From the NCBI GenBank assembly GCA_963807605.1, contig CAWECG010000003.1, positions 736,001-800,000 of the forward strand: a DNA stretch of 64,000 bases. Reading direction: 5' to 3'. Of the stretch, positions 50,916 through 60,421 are shown one piece after another. Below the pieces are notes generated by a model. The model did no database searches. It was not told where the DNA came from and saw only the letters and a list, made by a program, of their open reading frames with translations. The first letter of the stretch is position 1; every line of letters starts with the position of its first letter. This DNA is from Candidatus Bathyarchaeota archaeon (lineage in GTDB: Archaea > Thermoproteota > Bathyarchaeia > 40CM-2-53-6 > RBG-13-38-9). Both the position numbers and the translations under genes were made by a program.

Positions 50916-51004
50916 TTCCACTTGACTGTTCAAAAGCCTATTCTTCGGAAAAAGGAATTGACTCATTAGCATTCTACGCTTTGGGAGGATCAAAGTACAG
51001 CAAG

Positions 51005-51748
51005 TTATAGGCTCTTACAGCGTGTTCTATAGCTTCTGTTCTTTTCCCTTGCTTGATCGAGAGATCTAGCAACATCATATTCCTTTCTTGCCTCTGAAAG
51101 GGCGGGTTTCTCATCCGAAATTTCAACGAGTTGACCTGCGAGAAGAAGTATTTCGTCTAAGAAGGTGTAGTTTAGGTAGGGGAGTTTTTCATAGTGTTCC
51201 ATCCTGTCTCTGTATCCTTCAAATCGTTTTCTCTCTTTAGAAAGTTCAGCTAGACTTCGTCCAGATTGGGCGACAGTCTCTAGCGCATTTTCAAAATTGA
51301 ATCTTGACACGGGCGTAGGGTCTATGCCTCTAATCTGTCTGTGGTAGAAGAAACGGTAGAGAGTCTGTATAGCAGAGCATAGACCTATTCCAGTGTTCCC
51401 AGCTACTGAGATGCCTAACCCATATTTTCCTTTGACATCGCAAATCTTCACGGTGTCCATGTAGTTTTTAGTTAGACCATTTATGCTGCCCCAATAGACG
51501 GGTGCACCCATGACGTACGCATCAGCTGCCTCCCATAAACTGTTTAACTTATCAGGACAACTGACTTCCTCGGTGTAGAATGGAACCTTGTAATCTATTA
51601 AGTAGACTTTCTCAGTTTCCACACCAGTCACTTTCGCACCCTCCAAGCATCTGGTGACGAGTTGGTCAGTCAGCCTGCCTCTTCTGGGGCTCCCAACGAT
51701 TCCAAGAATCATTCTTACCACGACATAGATATGTGTAACATAAATCAT
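51005..51748 (-). CDS. Flavodoxin-like NAD(P)H-dependent FMN reductase family, possible C-terminal frameshift
   Basis: GIVGSPR, GAPVYWG; alternative-frame tail IKQGKRTEAIEHAVRAYNLL. Confidence 0.8.
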   Translation of the reverse strand: MIYVTHIYVVVRMILGIVGSPRRGRLTDQLVTRCLEGAKVTGVETEKVYLIDYKVPFYTEEVSCPDKLNSLWEAADAYVMGAPVYWGSINGLTKNYMDTVKICDVKGKYGLGISVAGNTGIGLCSAIQTLYRFFYHRQIRGIDPTPVSRFNFENALETVAQSGRSLAELSKERKRFEGYRDRMEHYEKLPYLNYTFLDEILLLAGQLVEISDEKPALSEARKEYDVARSLDQAREKNRSYRTRCKSL

Positions 51749-51886
51749 CCTATATAATTCGATCAGTTACACTGAAGATCTACATTCTGACTTGGTATTC
51801 ATAGCCCCCTGTGTGTTAGTTAGTAAGGTTTGTGACTTACCCAGAGCTAAATTGCAGTTCTTCCTAATTGTTGTGTGTAACGAGCG

Positions 51887-52099
51887 TTGGGATCCAGCAC
51901 TACGCCTGACATAGAATTTTGTATATGCGGTTATTGCCCCACTTTCAAGGCTAGCCCCTTGTCAGGCAGGGTTTTCTGTGCAAAAGGAGAAGCCGAGGAA
52001 GAAGCCAAGAAGTTTGGTTGCGTATGCAATGCCTGTCCTACCTTTAGCAAATATGGATTGAAGGACGAATACTTCTGCGTCATTGGAAAGTCGCTTTAA
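51887..52099 (+). CDS. DUF2769-like Cys-rich small protein
   Basis: CIC..CPTF, FCAKG, GCVC..CP, YFC..G. Confidence 0.8.
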   Translation: MGSSTTPDIEFCICGYCPTFKASPLSGRVFCAKGEAEEEAKKFGCVCNACPTFSKYGLKDEYFCVIGKSL

Positions 52100-52373
52100 C
52101 AAACCCTAGACTAGTCTGCAGGTATAATAAAGAGGAATGTTAGCACGGGCCACATTAGGGTCTGTTTTACTTTGGATAGGCTTTTACGAGTTTCATGATT
52201 GCGACTACGAAGATTGTAGCAAAGATCAGCCATGGGAAGTGGTCCGCTTATGAAGGAACGAGGTGGTCATGTGATTCTTTCTGTAGAAGATGGAATTGTT
52301 CTGGTGCCCTGCACCCTTTGGTGTGCGAGCGCACAAACGATTGGCTTGCTAACGCTCATCGAGCATAAAGAAG

Positions 52374-52688
52374 TTACTTGTGCGTGTCCTTCCGGTCGTA
52401 CAATACAGTAGATTGGATGAGATCAGGTTGGCGATGCAACGGACCCTTCCTAGTCACGTAGACTGTCTTTCCATCTACCTTTATTCTGAGGCTATACCTT
52501 GCCCTTTCATCCTTCTCGATTCTGCGACTTCTCAACCTGAATGCGCGAGCTAAGTTAGCTGCCTTCTTATCGGATTCGCATGAAACCTTGAAACCATCAA
52601 GGATACCTTTTGAGACTAGCATGAGTTTCCGTTGCCGCTGACCGTAAGCTACGTACTTGTCAAAAGTTCCTGCGTCATACTCTCTCAA
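52374..52688 (-). CDS. Hypothetical basic protein
   Basis: 104-aa ORF, TTG start. Confidence 0.5.
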   Translation of the reverse strand: MREYDAGTFDKYVAYGQRQRKLMLVSKGILDGFKVSCESDKKAANLARAFRLRSRRIEKDERARYSLRIKVDGKTVYVTRKGPLHRQPDLIQSTVLYDRKDTHK

Positions 52689-52899
52689 TTAGTATTATCT
52701 CCATCGCCGTAGAAGCGCGCGGTTGAGTGCAACTTCTCTCGCTTCTCAGTTAACGTTTCTAGCACATAAGATATACCGTATTGCAGATTCCTCGATGCTT
52801 AGACCAAAAACAATTAATCATATCCCCAGATTCAACTTGGCAAATTGCATTCGGTATACGCGAAGACAAGGTTCGGTTGGATAATCCTACTTGGTTTAG

Positions 52900-54063
52900 A
52901 TGTGTGAGGCGGAGTACTTGGTTGTAGTCTATGCGGGTAGATCAAGAACTCTCTTGGTCAGCTTCCTCTCTAGGTTCGCCTTCATCTTCTCAATGCAGGC
53001 TATGCCTCCGCTGTTTCCCATGGTGATGACTGAGTTCAAAGTGAGCTTCACCACGATGAGCAGCCTCCTATGGCTTGTTGCCGTTCCAGGCCTCTTCTTA
53101 TCGGTTCTAGGTGGCCTTCTGACTGAGAAGTACGGTGTAAGATCAATCCTTACTGTTGGGTTACTGATTTGTGTGGCAAGTTCTGTGCTAATCTTATTCT
53201 CGAACCTCTTTGTCATTTTGCAGTTCTGTCAGTTACTCTTGGGTGTCGGTGGGGCCTTGGCGGTGGTCTCTGCTTCGACCCTGCTCTTTCAATGGTTTGA
53301 GAAAGAGAAGCTAGGGTTAGCTATGGGCGTGTTTGGTTTCTGCATGCCGGCAGGTACTGTGGCAGCGTTTAACAGCCTAGGTGTCTTTGCCGACAGTCAC
53401 GGTTGGAGAGCTTCTATCCTAATCGTAGTCGCGGTGAACCTCTTTGCTTTGCTAGCATGTCTTTTATTGACAAAGGAGAAAGATAGCGCTCGTCCTGGCA
53501 AAGTTACTCTTGCCCCCTTTAGAAATGTCAACATCTGGATTTTGGGGTTGGGCTGGGCACTATTCAATATGGCAGTCTTAGGCTTTACAACATGGGGTAA
53601 GACGATCTTTGTCAGGTATTACGATCTGCCTATGGAGTTCTCAGGTCTGTTGGCGAGCATGATCATGCTGGGTGCTCTCGTGCAGCCTTTAACAGGTCAT
53701 GTCTCAGATATACTGGGTCAAAGAAGATCCTTAGTCGTCGTCTCTTGCATTGTCATATTCATGATCTTTCTTTTGTTCCCCTATGTGCCGTCGACCTATT
53801 TGTTGCCAATAACATTCACGTTGGGACTCCTAGTTGCTTTCGTTCCACCGCCACTATTTGTCACGTCTGGTAAGATTCTCGGACCGGGAAACGGAGCGCT
53901 GGGCCTTGGAGTTATGAACACTTTCCTAAACTTCGGCATAATCCTTGGTCCCTTGACACTAGGATATGTTCTGGATGTGACTAACAGTAATTTTTTCACT
54001 TTTCTAACAATGGCGTCTTTCGCTCTGCTTTCAGCCATATTGATTGCAGCCCACTATGACTGA
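52900..54063 (+). CDS. MFS transporter
   Basis: About 12 TM segments, G.L.EKYG.R and G.VSD.LG.RR motif A copies. Confidence 0.9.
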   Translation: MCEAEYLVVVYAGRSRTLLVSFLSRFAFIFSMQAMPPLFPMVMTEFKVSFTTMSSLLWLVAVPGLFLSVLGGLLTEKYGVRSILTVGLLICVASSVLILFSNLFVILQFCQLLLGVGGALAVVSASTLLFQWFEKEKLGLAMGVFGFCMPAGTVAAFNSLGVFADSHGWRASILIVVAVNLFALLACLLLTKEKDSARPGKVTLAPFRNVNIWILGLGWALFNMAVLGFTTWGKTIFVRYYDLPMEFSGLLASMIMLGALVQPLTGHVSDILGQRRSLVVVSCIVIFMIFLLFPYVPSTYLLPITFTLGLLVAFVPPPLFVTSGKILGPGNGALGLGVMNTFLNFGIILGPLTLGYVLDVTNSNFFTFLTMASFALLSAILIAAHYD

Positions 54064-54555
54064 TGCATATGTGTGCACTCAAAAATTCAGCTAAGGAAGA
54101 GGGAACTAAGTTTTGCATCAATTGTAATGCATGTCCCCCCTAAGGCGACCTTCTCTCTAGGATGTGGAGCGAAAAAATTAACCCAGGATTAGTGCGCATT
54201 TGGGATGATTGAATTCCACTGCCAAACACTACCTTGTATGAATCCAGACGTTAGAAGTAACATGTTCTGTTTTCAATGCTGTAAAACCCAGTAGCCACAT
54301 TCTAACTTCACATTCCAATTGGACGCTTTATTATCTGCGGAGTGCGAGAGAATGAAAGACTCGAAGGTTATGAAACCAGTTCAAATGGCCCTTATGTTCT
54401 ACAAAACGCAGAAAGATGCACGCGCGTAGAATCTGAACGCGCCTCGCTGATTCACCGAAACCAATTCACAACGTACGCTCACCAGCTGGCGGGCGCTGAC
54501 ACACACTCAATGCTTATTAGCGATAGATCCTAATTCCATGACGAGCTGACTTTGC

Positions 54556-55011
54556 ATGTCAATCAAGATCGGCGATGAAGTGACGATTCATTTTACTGCC
54601 AAACTCGAGAATGGCAAAGTAGCGGAAACTACGAGTGGCAACAAACCGCAAAGTTACAGGATTGGTTCAGGTGCATTGCTGCCGGGTTTGGAGGAAGCTT
54701 TGATTGGATTGAAGAAAGGCGACAGGCGAAAGATAAAGATCCCTCCAAACAAAGGATTTGGAAAGAGAAGAGAGGATCTCCTAGATGAAATTCCTAAATC
54801 CATATTTAAGAAAGGGGTACATTTTTCAAAAGGAATGTTAGTCGAGCTAAATTCCAAAGAGGGTGGCAAGATCTTAGCCGTCGTTCGCACCGTGAAGAAG
54901 AACTCAATAATTGTAGACCTCAATCATCCCTACGCAGGGCGAACCTTGAGTTTTGATATCGAAGTTGTAAAAGTGTCGGCTCAGCAGTTGACACAAGTGA
55001 AGAGCACATAA
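54556..55011 (+). CDS. FKBP-type peptidyl-prolyl isomerase (SlyD-like)
   Basis: G..L.PGLEEAL.G, VDLNHPYAGRTL.F.IEV. Confidence 0.92.
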   Translation: MSIKIGDEVTIHFTAKLENGKVAETTSGNKPQSYRIGSGALLPGLEEALIGLKKGDRRKIKIPPNKGFGKRREDLLDEIPKSIFKKGVHFSKGMLVELNSKEGGKILAVVRTVKKNSIIVDLNHPYAGRTLSFDIEVVKVSAQQLTQVKST

Positions 55012-55229
55012 GCTTAACAGTCTTCTGCCAGTACTACTCACGAGGCGCCGCCTTCTGCCCTCCACCTGTCCAATTCCCATTTCGAATGATTCAGATAGTA
55101 TTTCAGGAGCTCTTTTACTCGTGTCTCTAAGCCCATTTCGTGTACCCGGTACGGTCGTCGCGTTTTGGAAGCCTGCATGGATAATTGTGATTACCCGTAT
55201 GATGGAAAAGTGATGCAAGAGGAAGTAGA

Positions 55230-55742
55230 ATGCCCCTAATGAAAAAGAGGGTAATCCTAGGAGTAGCCATTATTCTGTTTTCGATCTTTCTTGCGACTTT
55301 ACTACTAAATCCCTTCTCGGTAAAACCTAAGCCAATGACTCAGGAAGAAAGAGAAGCCGATCAGTCAGTACTGGTCTACTATGAGACTCTACGCAATGTG
55401 ACTATGCCAGATCAAATAGATCACATTGTTCAACTATTCACTAACGATTCGGTTATCACTGCTCCAGATGGAAAAATATACAGTGGTACAGAAATGATAC
55501 GACAGTTCTATGAAGACCGAGTGCGAGGTGTATTCCAGTATGACATCAAAGCCGATCTTTCTGAGGTCACAGTTAGTGATGGCACAGCCACAATAGTCTA
55601 TCATACTAAGTCCGTAGCATGGGTTCCTGGCTGGTCTAGTACCACTATAAACCCGCCTATTCATGTTCTTCTTGAGAAATTCTTGTTGGTTAGAGAAGCA
55701 GGTGTCTGGAAGATCGCTGCACTAGTGATGCAAAGCGAATAA
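55230..55742 (+). CDS. Membrane-anchored NTF2/SnoaL-like protein
   Basis: N-terminal TM, LFT.D.....PDG....G...IR.FY, GVWKI. Confidence 0.75.
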   Translation: MPLMKKRVILGVAIILFSIFLATLLLNPFSVKPKPMTQEEREADQSVLVYYETLRNVTMPDQIDHIVQLFTNDSVITAPDGKIYSGTEMIRQFYEDRVRGVFQYDIKADLSEVTVSDGTATIVYHTKSVAWVPGWSSTTINPPIHVLLEKFLLVREAGVWKIAALVMQSE

Positions 55743-55903
55743 TCTTGACGTTGCATTGCTAATCCATTCGGCTCTCGCCGAGAAGGCGCGCGCTACCGCT
55801 TGCCCAACTCGAAACAACATATCAAGCAATGAGTTACGCGCGGGCATCAGCCAATCTCAGTTTTATATGGTTCGTGGTCTTCTTTTCTGGTGGAGGCAGC
55901 TGT

Positions 55904-56257
55904 ATGAAAGTGATTAGAATAGACGAAGTTGCAGCAGAGAGACATACCGGAGGCTTATTTCTAGGCACCGCGGAGTTGAAAACACTCGTCGGTGAGTCAA
56001 CAGGTGCTAGGGATCTAAATGTATCCATAGTCGCCTTCCCACCTGGTGTAAAAAACAAACCTCACGTACATATGTACGATCAAGCGCTCTATATACTGTC
56101 AGGCAAAGGCGTAGTCGCTAATGAAAAGGAAGAGATAATCGCAGAGCCCGGGATGGTTTTCTTCATCCCAGGAGGCGAGAAGCATTGGCACGGTGCAACC
56201 AAAGAGAATTCGTTCTCGCACATATCAATCATGAGGCCGGGCAAGACTGAGTTCTAG
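55904..56257 (+). CDS. Cupin domain protein
   Basis: H.H..DQ.L..LSGKG, P.GEKHWHGA; GGAGG RBS. Confidence 0.9.
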   Translation: MKVIRIDEVAAERHTGGLFLGTAELKTLVGESTGARDLNVSIVAFPPGVKNKPHVHMYDQALYILSGKGVVANEKEEIIAEPGMVFFIPGGEKHWHGATKENSFSHISIMRPGKTEF

Positions 56258-56436
56258 TTACACCCGTGTGACAATTTGACTTTTCAACTGGCTGTAATGC
56301 CGCAATCGTTATGTGATGATGCATCTCTATTCCAATCCGGCCAGCGGATGGTGGCCTTAGCTGGTGAGCACACACAATAGCCGATTATCCAATTACGTTA
56401 CCATTGATAGAACACAAACGGTTCTTACCTTATTCC

Positions 56437-57063
56437 TCACAGAAATGTGAGTAGCTCAGGTAGATCATGAATTCGTACCGTCGCCACCTTCGCCAGTTCT
56501 TCATCACTATTGACGGCCACAGCCAATCCGGCGTTCTTCAAGAATCTGACATCGTACCTGCTGTCCCCTACGCACACACAATCGCTCTTGCTTATGTGCA
56601 TATCATCGAGTACATGATCGAGCGCTTCGTCCTTGCGGTTGAGGTCAACCCTAAAGATCCCGTTTCCGGTCAGAAATCCATCTCTGTCGGTTTGAAGTCC
56701 GTTAGCCACAGCAACATCGACTCCAAGCAGCGAGGCAACCTGATCAGTAAGAAGATCCAGCCCCGCGGAGATGATGACGACTTTGTATCCCCTCTGTTTT
56801 ATTTGTTGGACAACTTCCTTGGCATGAGGCGTCAGGGTGAAACTCGACAATATCGCCTTGATTTGTGAGATATGGAGCCTTCTGGGCCAGAGAGAGATAT
56901 CACGACGCATGAACTCTTCGTAGTCGATCCGTGCCTGTATATATGAAGCTAGGTTCGGAGCAGCCTTCTCTACGGTTCCAAAGTGGCCATGAATCCTCAA
57001 TCAACTACTTTTCTCGTTTACTAGAGTTCCATCCAAGTCAAAAGTAACAAGGCGGAACTTAAT
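56437..57063 (-). pseudogene. HAD phosphoserine-phosphatase-like protein, no start codon and an in-frame TGA at 57001-57003
   Basis: FDLDGTL..EKSS*LRIH; later ISAG, K and VGDS..D motifs. Confidence 0.8.
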
Positions 57064-57104
57064 GGATGTATGGCCGGTGTCGTGTCTATTTGTGAAGCTC
57101 CTCA

Positions 57105-58195
57105 TCATTCGCCGACCGGTTGTAATCCTTTTTCCGTGCGTTCGAGTTTGATCGTCCAGTAAGGTGCGAACCCCTCAAATTCATCAGATGTCGCTCGTAC
57201 TTTGATAGTCAGGCCCTTTGAGTCGAATTCATACACCGAATAGCAATTTTTCCCTATTATTCCGAGATCCTCTCTAACGACACCACTGCTCCCAGTTCCA
57301 TGAACTGCAAGAGATTGAGATGATTGATATTCGTTGTTCTTCGGAGGTCGAGAGATACAAGATACGAACGGTTGATGACGATGACCATGCGAGACTATGT
57401 CGACATTCAATTGCAGTGCCTTGTACATCAGCTGTCCCGCGTCCAAAGTCAGATCATAATTCCGGCTCAGTGTCGTTATTTCTTCTACTGGTGTGGCTGG
57501 GATAAGATGATGATGCATTGTCATGATTCTATACATTACACGTTGTCCGTCTACCTTCCAGTTGAGCGAGCTGGCGGCCTGTTCAAGTTGCTCTAGACCC
57601 ACAAACCCGTAGCCTGCGAATTGCCGGTCTTCTAGCCGGGTTGAGTTTAGCCCCAGCACATCAACTGTAACGTAATTGCTAAGTAAGTATCGGCGCCCCA
57701 ATGTGAGATGCTGGTTCGGAGGCAATCCGAACGCTGCCAAGAAGAAATCAACATAGTTCTTCTGCGCGACTTCGCTTGAGAATTGAACAGGCTTCTCTGG
57801 ATCGTACTTGTCATCTTCCTGCTCAGCCCATAGAATATCGTGATTACCAGGCACAACGATGAGATCATAATAAGGGTCCAGTTCAAAGATGGTCCTTAGC
57901 GTTGACGCGCGCGCGTGCCAATCGGATCCTCTGTGTCGGATACTTTGATGTCTTTCACTTTTGCTCTGTACGTCAGATGTTTCCCGCTATCCAGCAAGTA
58001 GACGACTAATGGCTCAGTCGTGCGAGCGGTTGTCGTGAAATCTGCAAACACGGCGCGCGGAATCTTTTCTTTGGGAAGTGCCCACCATCCCCACCAAACG
58101 TAACCGTGTTGAGTGATTAAATCTCGGTGCAGCTTTATTGTGAACCCTAGTTGGGTAGCAAGATCTCGGAATCTCAACACCATCGATGTCGGCAT
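57105..58195 (-). pseudogene. WWGWW-domain plus metallophosphoesterase gene with an internal deletion
   Basis: N-part LRFRDL..VWWGWW (57896-58195) and C-part VPGNHD/HHH/HGHRH lacking the first motifs, joined out of frame at CGCGCGCGCG (57906-57915). Confidence 0.7.
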
Positions 58196-58324
58196 TAATC
58201 CTTACCTGTTTAGAGCGAGTAATGACCTGCTGTCAGCCATCTAGCGCGCGCTAGGGTTAGAGATGTCTTTTCCATATGGCTATTGGTGCCACATTTCAAA
58301 TAAGCATTGTCAGCACACGTCAAC

Positions 58325-59212
58325 CTAGCTACGCACGCATACTTTCTGCCGCCATACTAACCCGCACACAAATCGGGGGCAGTACAGATTTTTCCGGTAT
58401 CGATCGTACTTCATACGCTTCCCACAGTTAGGGCAGTTGAAGAAGCCCTCCCAACCGCAGGTCAAACCATCCTGGCAGGAGAAAACCCCAGATTTGGTAT
58501 AGATCAGCTTGCTTCCGCAGTCTGGGCATTCATATTGGGGTGGGTGGTCTTCCATCCACCGTTTGGCTTGTGGTTTTCCCGATTGTATATTCTCGTAGGC
58601 CAACCAGCCGTCAACTTTCTGAATAATGTCCTCCCCCAAAGTTGGGAAGGCGTAATTCGGATAATGCTCCACATTGTATTCCCTGCGGTCTTTGTAGTCG
58701 TCAGCGGTCAATTCTTTGTGCATGAATTCCTCAAAAGTCAATCCAAGTCGTTGCAGGTGTTGCCTTATTTCGCCCAGTTTTTCAGGGGCTTCGGATAGAA
58801 CCTTCTCCACGAGCCCTAGCATTTTTGCTCGGTCATGCGACGCCTCATATTCTTCGAGTATTCGCTGGAATTTCCAGGCTTCACGTCGATGATGATCCCT
58901 TTCCAGCTCGGTTAGGTATTTCGCCTTTGCAAGCTCCTCTAGATTTGTTGCTGTTTTGACTTCAATCTTCAACTTTTCAAGCTCTTCGTCTGTGGGAGTC
59001 TGCGAGGCCTCTGCTTTGGATTCTTCTTCCTCAGCTTTCTTGAGCTTTTGAAATTGGCGGAATATCGTTGACTTTGGCGTGTCAAGCTTTTCTGCAAGAG
59101 ATCTCAACGAAGCGAGCCCTGCCTTCCATTCTAAGTAGGCCTTTCTCAACTTGTTCTCACCTGGTTGGAAATTTGCGTCATTGAGTCCCGTACTTCGTTC
59201 AAGGAGAGTCAT
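58325..59212 (-). CDS. HTH, coiled-coil and double zinc-ribbon protein (MGE-like)
   Basis: SLRSLAEKLDTPKSTIFR HTH; CPDC and CPNC. Confidence 0.7.
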   Translation of the reverse strand: MTLLERSTGLNDANFQPGENKLRKAYLEWKAGLASLRSLAEKLDTPKSTIFRQFQKLKKAEEEESKAEASQTPTDEELEKLKIEVKTATNLEELAKAKYLTELERDHHRREAWKFQRILEEYEASHDRAKMLGLVEKVLSEAPEKLGEIRQHLQRLGLTFEEFMHKELTADDYKDRREYNVEHYPNYAFPTLGEDIIQKVDGWLAYENIQSGKPQAKRWMEDHPPQYECPDCGSKLIYTKSGVFSCQDGLTCGWEGFFNCPNCGKRMKYDRYRKNLYCPRFVCGLVWRQKVCVRS

Positions 59213-59234
59213 GTGATCACCGTTAATTCAAGAC

Positions 59235-59770
59235 TATTTAGCTATTTCCAGTTCATTTATAAGGCTTTTTGAAGTAAAAATGAATAATAAAGAGTAATAT
59301 GTTGAAATAAATAAGAAATCATTGAAATAATCAACAATCATGAAAATAAGCACTTCTTAAATTAAGGAAAGATGAATTCCCAAAAAATAAACAGGGACAA
59401 CCCGTTCGTGCATACACTGACAACCGCATCCGTCTGTAGGCTGAGGGAGGGAGACAAAGATTATCGGGGCATGTTCGACTTTTGACGGAACGTGCGCAGC
59501 TATTCTTTCTTGGAAGTGGTTCCCCACAGAATTCAAAAGGACACACTGATTCCAGATTATCAGCACGAATCAAGGTTGCACATACACGTAGTGGAGCACT
59601 ATGACCCCCACTGGGACAACCGGGACAATGAGGACAATGGGACACTAGAATCTGATGGAAAATCGGAGTCTTATGTATTGAAAAGATTTTTTGAATCATC
59701 TAAAAAAGTACTTGGGACACGTGAAACATGTGGAACATGGCAGGACATGTCAAAACAGAATGGGACATAA
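59235..59770. repeat. AT-rich tract followed by two clusters of (G)GGACA repeats with 8-10 bp period
   Basis: AT-rich 59235-59390; GGACA at 59614, 59623, 59632, 59640; RRRACA six times at 59714-59767. Confidence 0.65.
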
Positions 59771-59813
59771 GGCGGCTTAATCAGAGAAAGAAGCCAGGAA
59801 CGTCAAGGTAATA

Positions 59814-60176
59814 GTGTTGCTCTTGGCTGACGAAACACAAAACAGAACGTACTCGAAAGGCCAGCTAAACAAGATTATCGACTCAGTCGTGCATCCCCTT
59901 TTCAAAAAAGATGCCAAATTCATCATAGTTGACAGCGCTCTCCACGCACTTGTCGAACAAAATCCCACCCTCTCGATAAGTAAATTCCTCAAATACAACC
60001 TCCAAGAGATTGTCCAACAAACAGTTGGAAAAGACAAACTCAGAAAAAAGAGAGTTGACAGCCTCATAAGACAGTTAAGGAAATTGTCTAGAGAATACCA
60101 GAGCATCCCAAGAAGACGCGTGCGTTCTGGCGGCAAAGCATCAAATGCCGCGCGCGGGTCGACAACCTCGACGTAA
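59814..60176 (+). CDS. Hypothetical basic protein
   Basis: 120-aa ORF with a (GC)n run near its end. Confidence 0.45.
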   Translation: MLLLADETQNRTYSKGQLNKIIDSVVHPLFKKDAKFIIVDSALHALVEQNPTLSISKFLKYNLQEIVQQTVGKDKLRKKRVDSLIRQLRKLSREYQSIPRRRVRSGGKASNAARGSTTST

Positions 60177-60221
60177 CTTTTTTTAAGATGCCACCAAAAC
60201 GAACATAACTGTGTTTAGACG

Positions 60222-60317
60222 ATGAATAATCGGACTGTGGCAGGGTCTCTCCTACTAGTCGGCAGCGCCCAATACATCATTAGTATGATTGTGGCGGAGT
60301 CTGTATACCGCGCGCGC
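60222..60317 (+). pseudogene. N-terminal fragment of a DUF998-like membrane protein
   Basis: MNNRTVAGSLLLVGSAQYIISMIVAESVY, then breaks at CGCGCGCGC. Confidence 0.65.
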
Positions 60318-60421
60318 TTCTCATTTTTCCAGTTTTGTTGCCCTTCTTGAATTTGCGTTCAGGATGTTCAATGTAGTCTTCAACCATCTTATCCAGTGTA
60401 TTCCAGTATTGTGTGTGTGCT

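Noticed and set aside
10788-57003. Stop-codon reassignment (TGA as Trp/Sec, TAG as Pyl), suggested by in-frame TGA at 10788, 40024 and 57001 and TAG at 11768 and 31570
   Set aside because: Many intact conserved genes here end in TGA (ABC, malic enzyme, NfeD, glmM) or TAG (trxA, integrase, AglH-like) at the expected lengths. The internal stops are explained by single substitutions in mostly decayed genes.
5130-58059. Short GC runs inside continuous coding frames (about 5130, 33411, 58053)
   Set aside because: They encode ordinary Ala/Arg codons with no sign of a break, so they were not counted as scars.
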